DNA of 64,000 nucleotides from assembly GCA_965655095.1 (NCBI GenBank), contig OZ296651.1, positions 3,844,001-3,908,000 of the forward strand. The letters run 5' to 3'. Under the pieces are notes generated by a model. It worked only from the letters and a program-made list of their open reading frames with translations. It searched no databases and had not been told where the DNA came from. This DNA comes from Haplodiscus bocki. Its lineage: Eukaryota. Shown here one piece after another: positions 23,042 through 34,800 of the stretch (position 1 is the first letter of the stretch; each line of letters starts with the position of its first letter). A program made the position numbers and the translations under genes.

Positions 23042-23310
23042 ATGGAAAATTTTTCTCTCCGGCAAAACTTCAACCGTATTCCACTACTCAAGTATCGGTA
23101 CCGTGGCTCTTTTCCTTCCGACTGTGTTCCAACTCTTGACAATGACACTTTTGCCTTTATAAATACGCAACCCAGCATTACGCAGCGTGATCATTGGATA
23201 ATGATTGCAAACTCTCGTCAAAAGTGTTTTTTGCAGACTTTCTTGGTCGTAAAATCTATAGTTTCCTCAGGCAGCAATATGAACAGATGATGCCAGAACC
23301 ACTACAGTAA
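23042..23310 (+). pseudogene. Truncated adenain-like protease, copy 2
   Basis: Same truncation at EPLQ*. Confidence 0.85.
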
Positions 23311-23611
23311 ATGTGCAGGTTATAGAATGTCTCAGCTAAAATTCAAACACTCTAATTGACATCTTTTACTTTAATACAATCTTTTTACATAGCAGTAAGT
23401 CAAATCAATATCCGCCCGCGCATTGAAAGATACGCATGCCTAATAATTTATCCCCACGCGTAAAACTTTATCCGCAGGCGTAAAAAACTCTGCGGGTCCA
23501 CAAAATGAATCTCCAAAAAAGGAAAAACTAGACCCGTTACAAACCCCACAATTGCAATGAACCCCTCCCCCGTTGTGAACACTCCAATCCACTCTACTAC
23601 TTAGGAGCATT

Positions 23612-23740
23612 GCCTATCTTAATACATAGTCCTGAACTATATCCTATCTTAATACATTGACCCAAACTATACCCTACCTTAAAACATTGAACCGAACTTT
23701 ACCCTATCTTAATACATTGCCGAACTATACCCTATCTCCA
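23612..23740. repeat. Terminal minisatellite, copy 2 (5 cores)
   Basis: Cores at ~23613, 23643, 23673, 23703, 23731. Confidence 0.9.
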
Positions 23741-23889
23741 TAAATTACTGTTGACAGCCAATCAAATTCGAGTATTACGTCACCCTAGTCGTCAGTCAAA
23801 CGGAACCGTCACCCGAGAGCTCTACAGCTTATCTTAATACATAGGGACCTCCAGTCCCCCCCCCCACCTGATCTGCGCACTCTTCTACT

Positions 23890-26624
23890 GCTAAAGTTGT
23901 TTATACTAAATGGTTTAAAAGAAGGTTCCCTTTTCTAGCAAGTTGATAAAATTCATGGGTCGATAAATTCAAAATGATAAAATACAAAAATTTGTTAAAT
24001 CATTGCCTCATGAGACGTTTACTGTGAACATAACAATAAAAGAGAGATCAAATTTTTTGCATGATTGCACTGCTTTAGAAAGTTTTAGTGCAATAATAAA
24101 GCTTGACATTGGAAAAGCAGACGGCATTGATGGAATTTCTTCTGAATTTTCGGAAACTTAGGCGCACGTTTCAGCCCAACTCTTTTTGGTTAAAAACAAA
24201 ACTTCGTTTTCTCAAGGCAATTTCCCAGAATTCTTTAAAAATGGTACGATGACACCTATCCAATCTTCAATTGAATGTTGGAGAATTTTAAATCAATGAC
24301 TAACATCGTCGTTAAGGCAAGCACTTGGGAAGAACAAAGTACCTAAGGGGTAGAGAAAAAATGAGAACAAATTGTTTTCAGCATACCATGGGCTATAATC
24401 AGTAAGTTTTAAATTCAGAAACTAAAAAAAAATATTCGATTTGTACAACAACTTAGCTTCATCTGCAAAAAGGTCATTTGTGATGTGTTGGCGATAGTAT
24501 TTTCGATCACGAGTGCATAAGAGAAACAACAGGTAACGAAGTATTGATCCCAGCGCAACAGTGCTTTCAGAAGCGCCCCAACAAGAGATGGCATTTCAAA
24601 GTATTAAACAATGATACCAGTTGAAACCAAATTAGCGCAACCAGTCGAGGGCAACATTTCTACTGCCGTATTGTGCTAAAGTCGTCAGTAGATGTTCCTA
24701 GTCTTTTGTATTGAATTTTTTCCTAATGTCCAACAAAAACAAAAACCAATTTTATTTTTCTCAAATCCTAATTTTTCAGTTCTATCAACAAAAGCATCAG
24801 TGGTCGAAACATTAGTTTGAAACTCGAACTGCTTAATCTACAAAAAATTTGATCCAGTAAGAAACTTTGAATGCGGTTGTACATAGATTTACCAAACATT
24901 TTACTCAAGCTGAAGCATCTTAGCTAGGCCTATAACTTTGTGGCTATGGTTTTGATCCAGTTTTTTGTATGAGAGCTAACGTAGCGACTTTTGGGCAATC
25001 TGCAGAAACGCTTCAGAAAACGAAATTTTAATTTTAAGAAACAAAAGTGAAAATGAAACAAGCCCACAAGAAAGCTTCGAAAACCTTAATTGAAACTTCA
25101 TCAATGCCGTTTGCGTTTCCCCTGTCAAGCAGTTTTAATGGACTAGAAAGATCTACAGTAGTGCATTCATGAATCATGCAAGAAAGCTCATCTTTCTTTG
25201 AATGGTATGTTCGCAGTAAAACAACCCAAGATGCAATGTTTCAACAGATGTTTGTATTCCAACACCTAGGGAAGAAATTATCCTTTTAAAATAGTCATCA
25301 TATTTATCTCAATTTTAATTAGAAAACTTGAAAGATTTAACAATTTTGGATAATCAGTTGGTGGTTTTCATCCACTCAGTTCTGATAAAATATAAATGTT
25401 TGAAAATGTTTGGTTCTCCTGAACTTTAAAAACTGGATGAAAAAGAGCAGCTTCTCGTCAAACCGGATAGTATAACCAAACCTATTATCATCTTTTTGTT
25501 GTGAGTCAAATCAGTCTCTTTTAGAAGAAGGAAAACTTCATGATAAGGACTTAATCAAGTTTTGAGTTGGTTTCCGACACAAAAATCAAATCAAGATTTG
25601 TTGTTCTGCTTTTTCTCCATCTAGGAAAACTTTGTGTGTTCAACAGTTAATTGTCTGGGAAAATTAATTTAATGACTGACATCGTCGTTAAGCCAAGCAC
25701 TTGGAAAAACAAAATACCTAGAGGATAGAAACAATTTGAGAACATATTCCTTTCAGCATACCACGGGCTAATATCAGTGAGTTCTGAATTCAGAAATTAA
25801 AAAAAGTCTTGAATTTGTACAATAACCTAGCATCATCTACAAAAACGTTAGGAGTGATGTGTTGCCGATAGTATTTCAGATCATAATCGTAAAAAAGGAA
25901 CAACATAGGACAATGTATTGATCCCTATGGAACACTGCATTCAATAGCACGCCAACAAGAGATAGCATATCAAATTATTAAACGATGATACCAGTTGAAA
26001 ATATACTAGCATGAGCAGTCAAGGGTTAAACATCTCACGCCGTTTTGTCCTAAAATCATCAGTTGTTCGAAGTCTGTTGTATCAAACGTTTTCCTAAAGT
26101 CAAGCAGAAAGCCAAAACCAACCGTACTTTTTGCTATCTTAATTTTTCAATTCTCCCAAAAAGAACCTCTGTGGTCGAAACAATAGTTTGAAACACAAAC
26201 AGCCTAATCTAGAAGTTTTCTGATGGACATGAGACACTTCGAAGGCAGTTTTACATAGATTTCTCAGAAAAATTACGTAAAGATGAAACAACAGAGCTAC
26301 GGCTATATGTTTCTGCCTATGGTTTTGATCCAAATTTATGTGTGAGTGTTAACGTAGCAATCATAGGTCAATCTGGAAAAACGACTAAAAAGAGGAAGTT
26401 TTTATTTTAACCAGCAATGAATGAGCTCAAACGTGCGTACAAATTCTCAAAAATTGATTGAAATTTCATCAATGCCATTGGCGTTTCCTCTGTCAAGCAG
26501 TTTTAATGGACTAGAAAGTTCTACAGTAGTGCAATCATGAATCATGCAAGAAAACTGTTATTCCCTTAGTTGGTATGTTTGCAGTGAACGTCCCATGCGT
26601 CAAGGATTCAACAGGTTTTTTCTA
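23890..26624. repeat. LINE-RT-derived satellite flank, copy 2
   Basis: Near-identical to 15956-18690. Confidence 0.88.
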
Positions 26625-27127
26625 CTCCCCGTGATGTGATGCATGTCAGTACACTTAGTGTACAATTGGGACTCGGATCAGAGCTAGTTGGCTGGTATCG
26701 AGACGCAGCATCTGTTCCCTACGGTCGGTCCCTACTCGCACAGACGATCGATTACGTTAGTGTACAAACACCGGATCCCATCCCTCAATTTTTTTTATCT
26801 CGGACCGGCTCAAACGCTCAAAAATGTTGGGCGATGAACACACAAAAACTCTCTACTCTCCACTTGTTCCAATCTTTTTACCACAGATGCAAAAGAGTTC
26901 GTACGCAAAAGAGTTTATCCGGTTTCTTTGCGAATGCAAAGTAAATCTGCTCAAAGGAAACTAGCAAAGCATAAAAAGACATCACGTGGCAAAATCTCAA
27001 AGCGAAATTAGAGTGTTGTCTCGAAAACGTACAACTTGTAAGCAAAGAAGAGACATTTTGGCTTCCGATAAAGGCTTATAGCTCAATAAAGTTATTACGG
27101 CTCACGTCATTAACCATTTGTCTTGAT

Positions 27128-27535
27128 ATGGAGCAGTTTATCCTTATTCCTGCTTCTGTGTACAACAAAACTTGATTACGCAGTCAGTTACAAAGCAGGA
27201 GCTTCCAGAGTACCAACCTTCACAAAATCCCACGTACCAAATTGATTCACTCAAGATAAAAATAAACAAAAAATTATTCTACAAAGCAGACTCTTTAGTA
27301 GAAAAAATTTCGTCTTGTCCACGTATCAAGCTCTCAAATTTACAAACCGTAATTCTGGATGGTGTAAAAAACTGGAATTTTCTGTTGGACTTTGTTCAAC
27401 AACTGCGTCGTAAAAACGCAGACGTTCCAGACATTTTCTTTACTTTACTTGACGCAGCTGTTGTATCTCCGACTCTGACTTTGAATCAGAATGCCAGAGC
27501 CAAAGAGAGGATGCTGGGTCCCTTTGAAAACCTGA
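27128..27535 (+). pseudogene. Hypothetical protein upstream of the integrase, copy 3
   Basis: Near-identical to 11168-11575. Confidence 0.55.
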
Positions 27536-28426
27536 ACGTCAGAAACTGCAAAGGCTCTTCACGAAAGGTGGTGCTGCTTATGGTTCTGTGCGGAAATTAG
27601 TGAAAGCTAGCAAACTGTCAGTATCAAAGGTGTGATAATTTTTGCATTCAAAACCTTCCTAAACAAAATGTACTCTTGCCACACGTAAAATCAATCGAAG
27701 GAAGGCATTTGCTTTATTCAAAAATGAAATTTGGTGTATGGATTTGGCATACATTGACAAACTACACAAAGCTAAAAACGGTGTAAAAAATCCTCTATTT
27801 CGACAAGACCTTTTTGATAGGACTGTAGAGGCAAAAGAAAATGAAAACAAAAGATTCCAAAGAAACGGTTTGTGCAATTTTGACTATGATTACAGAAAAC
27901 AATCGTCCCAGAAAAATTGGGTTGACAAGAGAACAGAATTTGCTGGAGAGTTTACAAACTATGCAAAGCTGATGGAATACAAATTTACTGTACAATGAGT
28001 GAGACCAAGCCTGCATTTGCTGAACGTACAACACGATCGCTGAAAAAAAAACTTTACCGTTACATGGAAGACAATGGATACAAGTACATTCACAAATTGA
28101 CTCAATTTGTTACGACAATAAATTCTAGAAGAAATTGCTCGGTGAACTTGATCCCAAAAAATCTAATGATTTCCGACTTTTTGTCCATTCTGTACAGCAA
28201 ACCACTAAAAGAATTTAGAAAACCCCAGTTTATAACTGGAGACAGAGTTCTCAACTCGAAGTATGACTTACCCTTCAGGAAGTGTTACAAGCCACAGTGT
28301 ACACAAGAGGTTTTCGAAATTGTTGCAATTTCTTCCAGAAAACCTCCAACATACACAATAAAAGTTGAACAATATGAAATTATCCGCGGTAAATTCTATC
28401 AGAAAGAGTTGCTCAAAGTCATTTAA
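27520..28426 (+). pseudogene. int: rve integrase, copy 3
   Basis: Same DDE motifs and lesions as copy 1. Confidence 0.92.
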
Positions 28427-28428
28427 CA

Positions 28429-29231
28429 ATGGAAACGTTTACAATAGAGTTGATTTCAAATGCAACTGCACAATTTTTTCCAGACAATACATTGAGCTCT
28501 TTTACAAGCCTCTTACCAGACCAACTGAGTCTAGAAGGTTAGTGGGAGGTTGCAATTTCAAGAATATCTTACCCATCAATGTACCAAAATGTCACAGAGG
28601 TAAAATTCAAGTTTTTCGGCAAGAAAATATCGAAGTCGTCAGAATTTCACTATCTGGAACCTGGTGTTTACAGTTCCATTACGCATATTGTTGAAGCCAT
28701 GAACACTCTCATTCAAGCAAGACACAATCACAGCGAGAACTGTATCACAGTTAAGATGTCTCAAAGAACGCAAAAAGTTGAGATTAACCTTGCAGATGAA
28801 AGATCTGGTGTTGCTTTCTTTAGTACGGATCTGGGACACATTTTTGGAAGCATTGTCGGTAATGACTTTGCAGTAATGTTGAGAGGGGAAGGACCTTACA
28901 AACCAGAACTTGCTTACGATTTTGTCCGCATACACTCTCCAATGATATACACGGACCTGATTGAGTACAAAATCGTTGGCGACACGAAGGCATCATTGCG
29001 GCCTTGCTTTCTTTTTTTTCGAAGCTCAAGGCTGGAGACATTCTAACTACTGGTCAGTACATGAACTATCAGACAATTAGCAACCTGCAATTCAGACCAC
29101 TGCTCAAAAATTATTTTCACAGTATTCACATTGACTTGAGAAACACGAGCGGTGAAAAAATATCCTTTGTATCTGCCGGTATTACTCGTCTTGTTTTGAT
29201 GTTCAGAAAAGCCTCCAACATTCGTTTCTAA
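28429..29231 (+). pseudogene. Minor capsid protein, copy 3
   Basis: Retains in-frame DLGHIFGS, which is frameshifted in copies 1 and 2. Confidence 0.85.
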
Positions 29232-29249
29232 CCTAAAAGACGTTAAAAG

Positions 29250-29633
29250 ATGCTTGCTTCAAGACAAGTAGAGATTCCATACTATAGAGGTGTTGGTCGA
29301 CAACGTGGACGGGGATTCGGTGCACTTGCACAAGTTATTGGGAGAACCACAATTCCCTTTTTGCGTAAATATTTTGTCCCTGCCGCAAATCGAGTGGGTG
29401 CTGACTTTTTAGAATTTGCTGTGCCAGAAATTGCACAGGCTGTTAGTGGTAGAAAAAATTACAAGACTGCAAAGAGTGTGGGAAGACAAGCTCTGAGAAA
29501 ACAGTTGGGTGACGGGAGCCGCAAGTGGACGGGAAATAGCAGCAAAAGGAGTGCGAGCAGAGTTATTTCAACAAAATCCGCAAAACAAATCAGTCGGTCG
29601 CGAAGAGACATCCTTACAAAAATTTCTCACTAA
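29250..29633 (+). CDS. pVII-like core protein, copy 3
   Basis: Open 127-aa ORF, YYRGVGRQRGRGFG. Confidence 0.75.
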   Translation: MLASRQVEIPYYRGVGRQRGRGFGALAQVIGRTTIPFLRKYFVPAANRVGADFLEFAVPEIAQAVSGRKNYKTAKSVGRQALRKQLGDGSRKWTGNSSKRSASRVISTKSAKQISRSRRDILTKISH

Positions 29634-29635
29634 TC

Positions 29636-30957
29636 ATGTCGAGTATTTTTCGGTACCAAACTTTTGTGGCAGTTTCTGGAAATCTTGGAGGGAATGTCCC
29701 CATAGTTGAAGATGTCTTGTCGTCCCATGAACAAAAAATCTATTCTACTACCTCACTCGATGAGAACTGCATAGAGTTCGATTTTCAAACGGAATGGAAA
29801 TATTACGTTGATTTGAGACAGACGTACTTGGCTTCGAAACTGAAACTTGTCAGGGGTCGTGGTTACGATACTTACAATACCAAAGAAGTAAAAAAAGAAC
29901 ACAAAGAAGAAGCAAAAGCAAAAGAGGAAGAAACAGCGGATGAAGAGTATTTAATTTTTTGCACTAAATTTTTTCCAATGTTGAAGTGTACATCAACAAT
30001 CAGCAAATTTACAACTCTAATGGATTGTAAGCGCACAAAGCTTACATTTCCAACAACTTCAAGGGAGCCATCTCTGAATACAAGGAAGTTTTGCACTGCG
30101 AGGGGTACGACTATGAAGAATTTCCTGATGAAATTATGGAAGCGCCTTTGTCTGAACATTTTCTCACAAGGAGAATGAAAATGCTTAGCAGACCTGATGG
30201 CTTCATATTGTATGGTAAATTGGAGGTTGACTTTTTCTCCACTTCTGAATTGCTCTATCCAAATATGAAATTTAGGCTACGCCTAATCAGAGCCAGACCT
30301 AATTTCTACATGATTAGCGACAACCCCAACGTTAGTCTTGGAATTGTTGATTGTTCATTTTACACTCGTCGTATTGATTTCAAGGATGATTATCACAAGA
30401 AACAAATGGACATGATTGCCTACACTCCTGTGGTGTTTAACTTTTTGGAGACTCTCGCAAAATATTTCATCATTCCTCCCAGACAAAACCAGTTCGTTCA
30501 AGAAAACATTTTCAACAATGCTCCAGTTCGTCGGATTGCTATTGCAATGAATACAAAATCTGCCCTCACTGGATCTTATACTGGAAATCCCTTCTGGTAT
30601 CAACAATTTGAGCTCAGACAAACTAGAATAGTCAGAGGAGGTCAACCAAATGTAGACTTTGATGCTGCTGAAATCTGTCGCCTTTATGTTACTACAATGA
30701 AAGCAATGAACTTTCGAGATGATATCCCCTCAATTCCACTCGGTAAATCCAAAGACCACTAAGTACTAGTGTTTGATTTGACTTCGATGCAAGATGCTAC
30801 TGAAAATTGCCATTGCCCAGAACTAGTTGCAGAACCATTGAGGCGGGAGCTCAACTTTGCTTTTTCTCTAGAACACGTTATTGAACTCATTGTATTGGGA
30901 GAACGAATGTCTTCAGTTGCAGTTGACAGGTTTGGTGTTGTTGGAAAAAACATCTGA
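29636..30957 (+). pseudogene. Major capsid protein, copy 3
   Basis: Near-identical to copy 1, with the shared frameshift. Confidence 0.88.
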
Positions 30958-30958
30958 A

Positions 30959-31227
30959 ATGGAAAATGTTTCTCTCCGGCAAAACTTCAACCGTATTCCA
31001 CTACTCAAGTATCGGTACCGTGGCTCTTTTCCTTCCGACTGTGTTCCAACTCTTGACAATGACACTTTTGCCTTTATAAACACGCAACCCAGCAATACGC
31101 AGCGTGAGCATTGGATAATGATTGCAAACTCTCGTCAAAAGTGTTTTTTGCAGACTTTCTTGGTCGTAAAATCTATAGTTTTCTCAGGCAGCAATATGAA
31201 CAGATGATGCCAGAACCACTACAGTAA
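30959..31227 (+). pseudogene. Truncated adenain-like protease, copy 3
   Basis: Same truncation at EPLQ*. Confidence 0.85.
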
Positions 31228-31528
31228 ATGTGCAGGTTATAGAATGTCTCAGCTAAAATTCAAACATTCTAATTGACATCTTTAACTTTAATACAATCTT
31301 TTTACATAGCATTAAGTCAAATCAATATCCGCCCGCGCATTGAAAGATACGCACGCCTAATAATTTATCCCCACGCGTAAAACTTTATCCGCAGGCGTAA
31401 AAAACTCTGCGGGTCCACAAAATGAATCTCCAAAAAAGGAAAAACTAGACCAGTTACAAACCCCACAATTGCAATGAACCCCTCCCCCGTTGTGAACACT
31501 CCAATCCACTCTACTACTTAGGAGCATT

Positions 31529-31712
31529 GCCTATCTTATTACATTGTCCTGAACTTTACCCTATCTTAATACATTGCCGAACCATACCCTATCTTAATAC
31601 ATTGGCGAACAGTATCCTATCTTAAAACATTGCCGAACTAAACCTAACTTAAAACATCGACCCGAACTATACCCTATCTTAACACATTGACCCGAACTAT
31701 ACCCTATCTCCA
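31529..31712. repeat. Terminal minisatellite, copy 3 (7 cores)
   Basis: Cores from ~31530 to 31703. Confidence 0.9.
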
Positions 31713-31857
31713 TAAATTACTGTTGACAGCCAATCAAATTCGAGTATTACGTCACCCGAGTCGTCAGCCAAACGGAACCGTCACCCGAGAGCTCTACAGC
31801 TTATCTTAATACATAGGGACCTCCAGCCCCCCCACCTGATCTGCGCACTCTTCTACT

Positions 31858-34800
31858 GCTAAAGTTGTTTATACTAAATGGTTTAAAAGAAGGTGCCCTT
31901 TTCTAGCAAGTTGATAAAATTCATGGGTCGATAAATTCAAAATGATAAAATACAAAAATTTGTTAAATCATTGCCTCATGAGACGTTTACTGTGAACATA
32001 ACAATTAAAGAGAAATCAAATTTTTTGCATGATTGCACTGCTTTAGAAAGTTTTAGTGCAATAATAAAGCTTGACATTGGAAAAGCAAACGGCATTGATG
32101 GAATTTCTTCTGAATTTTCGGAAACTTAGGCGCACGTTTCAGCCCAACTCTTTTTGGTTAAAAACAAAACTTCGTTTTCTCAAGGCAATTTCCCAGAATT
32201 CTTTAAAAATGGTACGATGACACCTATCCACTCTTCAATTGAATGTTGGAGAATTTTAATTTAATGACTAACATCGTCGTTAAGGCAAGCACTTGGGAAG
32301 AACAAAGTACCTAAGGGTAGAGAAAAAATGAGAACAAATTGTTTTCAGCATACCATGGGCTAAAATCAGTAAGTTTTAAAATCAAAAACTAAAAAAAAGC
32401 ATTCGATTTGTACAGCAACTTAGCTTCATCTACAAAAAGGTCATTTGTGATGTGTTGGCCATAGTATTTTCGATCACGAGCGCGTAAGAGAAACAACAGG
32501 TAACGAAGAATTGATCCCAGCGGAACACTGCTTTCAGAAGCGCCCCAACAAGAGATGGCCTTTCAAAGTATTAAACAATGATACCAGTTGAAACCAAATT
32601 AGCGCAACCAGTCGAGGGCAACATTTCTACTGCCGTATTGTGCTAAAGTCGTCAGTAGATGTTCCTAGTCTTTTGTATTGAATTTTTCCTAATGTCCAAC
32701 AAAAACAAAAACCAATTTTATTTTTCTCAAATCCTAATTTTTCAGTTCTATCAACAAAAGCATCAGTGGTCAAAACATTAGTTTGAAACTCGAACTGCTT
32801 TATCTACAAAAACTTTGATCCAGTAAGAAACTTTGAATGCGGTTGTACATAGATTTACCAAACATTTTACTCAAGCTGAAGCATCATAGCTAGGCCTATA
32901 ACTTTGTGGCTATGGTTTTGACCAGTTTTTTGTATGAGAGCTAACGTAGCGACTTTTGGGCAATCTGCGGAAACGCTTTAGAAAACGAAATTTTAATTTT
33001 AAGAAACAAAAGTGAAAATGAAACAAGCCCACAAGAAAGCTTCGAAAACCTTAATTGAAACTTCATCAATGCCGTTTGCGTTTCCCCTGTCAAGCAGTTT
33101 TAATGGACTAGAAAGATCTACAGTAGTGCATTCATGAATCATGCAAGAAAACTCATCTTTCTTTGGATGGTATGTTCGCAGTAAAACAACCCATGATGCA
33201 ATGTTTCAACAGATGTTTGTTTTCCAACACCTAGGGAAGAAATTATCCTTTTAAAATAGTCATCATATTTATCTCAATTTTAATTAGAAAACTTGAAAGA
33301 TTTAACAATTTTGGATAATCAGTTGGTGGTTTTCATCCACTCAGTTCTGATAAAATATAAATGTTTGAAAATGTTTGGTTCTCCTGAACTTTAAAAACTG
33401 GATGAAAAAGAGCAGCTTCTCGTCAAACCGGATAGTATAACCAAACCTATTATCATCTTTTTGTTGTGAGTCAGATCAGTCTCTTTTAGAAGAAGGAAAA
33501 CTTCATGATAAGGACTTAATCAAGTTTTGAGTTGGTTTCCGACACAAAAATCAAATCAAGATTTGTTGTTCTGCTTTTTCTCCATCTAGGAAAACTTTGT
33601 GTGTTCAACAGTTAATTGTCTGGGAAAATTAATTTAATGACTGACATCGTCGTTAAGCCAAGCACTTGGAAAAACAAAATACCTAGAGGATAGAAACAAT
33701 TTGAGAACATATTGTTTTCAGCATACCACGGGCTAATATCAGTGAGTTCTGAATTCAGAAATTAAAAAAAGTCTTGAATTTGTACAATAACCTAGCATCA
33801 TCTACGAAAACGTTAGGAGTGATGTGTTGCCGATAGTATTTCAGATCATAATCGTAAAAAAGGAACAACATAGGACAATGTATTGATCCCTATGGAACAC
33901 TGCATTCAATAGCACGCCAACAAGAGATAGCATATCAAATTATTAAACGATGATACCAGTTGAAAATATACTAGCATGAGCAGTCAAGGGTTAAACATCT
34001 CACGCCGTTTTGTCCTAAAATCATCAGTTGTTCGAAGTCTGTTGTATCAAACGTTTTCCTAAAGTCAAGCAGAAAGCCAAAACCAACCGTACTTTTTGCT
34101 ATCTTAATTTTTCAATTCTCCCAAAAAGAACCTCTGTGGTCGAAACAATAGTTTGAAACACAAACAGCCTAATCTAGAAGTTTTCTGATAGACATGAGAC
34201 ACTTCGAAGGCAGTTTTACATAGATCTCTCAAAAAAATTACGTAAAGATGAAACAACAGAGCTACGGCTATATGTTTCTGCCTATGGTTTTGATCCAGAT
34301 TTATGTGTGAGTGTTATCGTAGCAATCATAGGTCAATCTGGAAAAACGACTAAAAAGAGGAAGTTTTAATTTTAACCAGCAATGAATGAGCTCAAACGTG
34401 CGTACAAATTCTCAAAAATTGATTGAAGTTTCATCAATGCCATTGGCGTTTCCTCTGTCAAGCAGTTTGAATGGACTAGAAAGTTCTACAGTAGTGCAAT
34501 CATGAATCATGCAAGAAAACTGTTATTCCCTTAGTTGGTATGTTTGCAGTGAACGTCCCATGCGTCAAGGATTCAACAGGTTTTTTCTACTCCACGACCT
34601 ATGGAGGAGAAGTTCTTCTGGAATTTCATCACATTTTTTTGTCATTTTCCATTGGAGAACCTGAAATTTTATCAAATTTGGATAGACTGTTACTGTTTCT
34701 CATCCACTCAGTTTCGAATGATAAGAAAACGCTTGAAAAACAAAGGTTGGTTCTCATGAATCTTGTAAACTTGGTAGAAAAGGGCAGCTTCTTTTTTAAC

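Larger units (their letters stand above)
18691..23889 (+). mobile_element. Polinton right arm, duplicate copy 2 (3' ATPase to terminus)
   Basis: Collinear with 10653-15955. Confidence 0.95.
26625..31857 (+). mobile_element. Polinton right arm, duplicate copy 3
   Basis: Collinear with 10653-15955. Confidence 0.95.
10653..34593 (+). repeat. Tandem triplication of an ~8-kb unit (10653-18690, 18691-26624, 26625-34593)
   Basis: Near-identical ORF sets offset by ~8040 and ~7920 bp; identical satellite/ATPase junction TTTTTTCTA-CTCC-CCGTGATG at 18691 and 26625. Confidence 0.97.

Noticed and set aside
10653-34593. Triplication as a pure assembly artefact
   Set aside because: The copies have private substitutions, indels and VNTR lengths and share a specific microhomology junction. 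This is unlikely to be an artefact, though only reads can exclude it.
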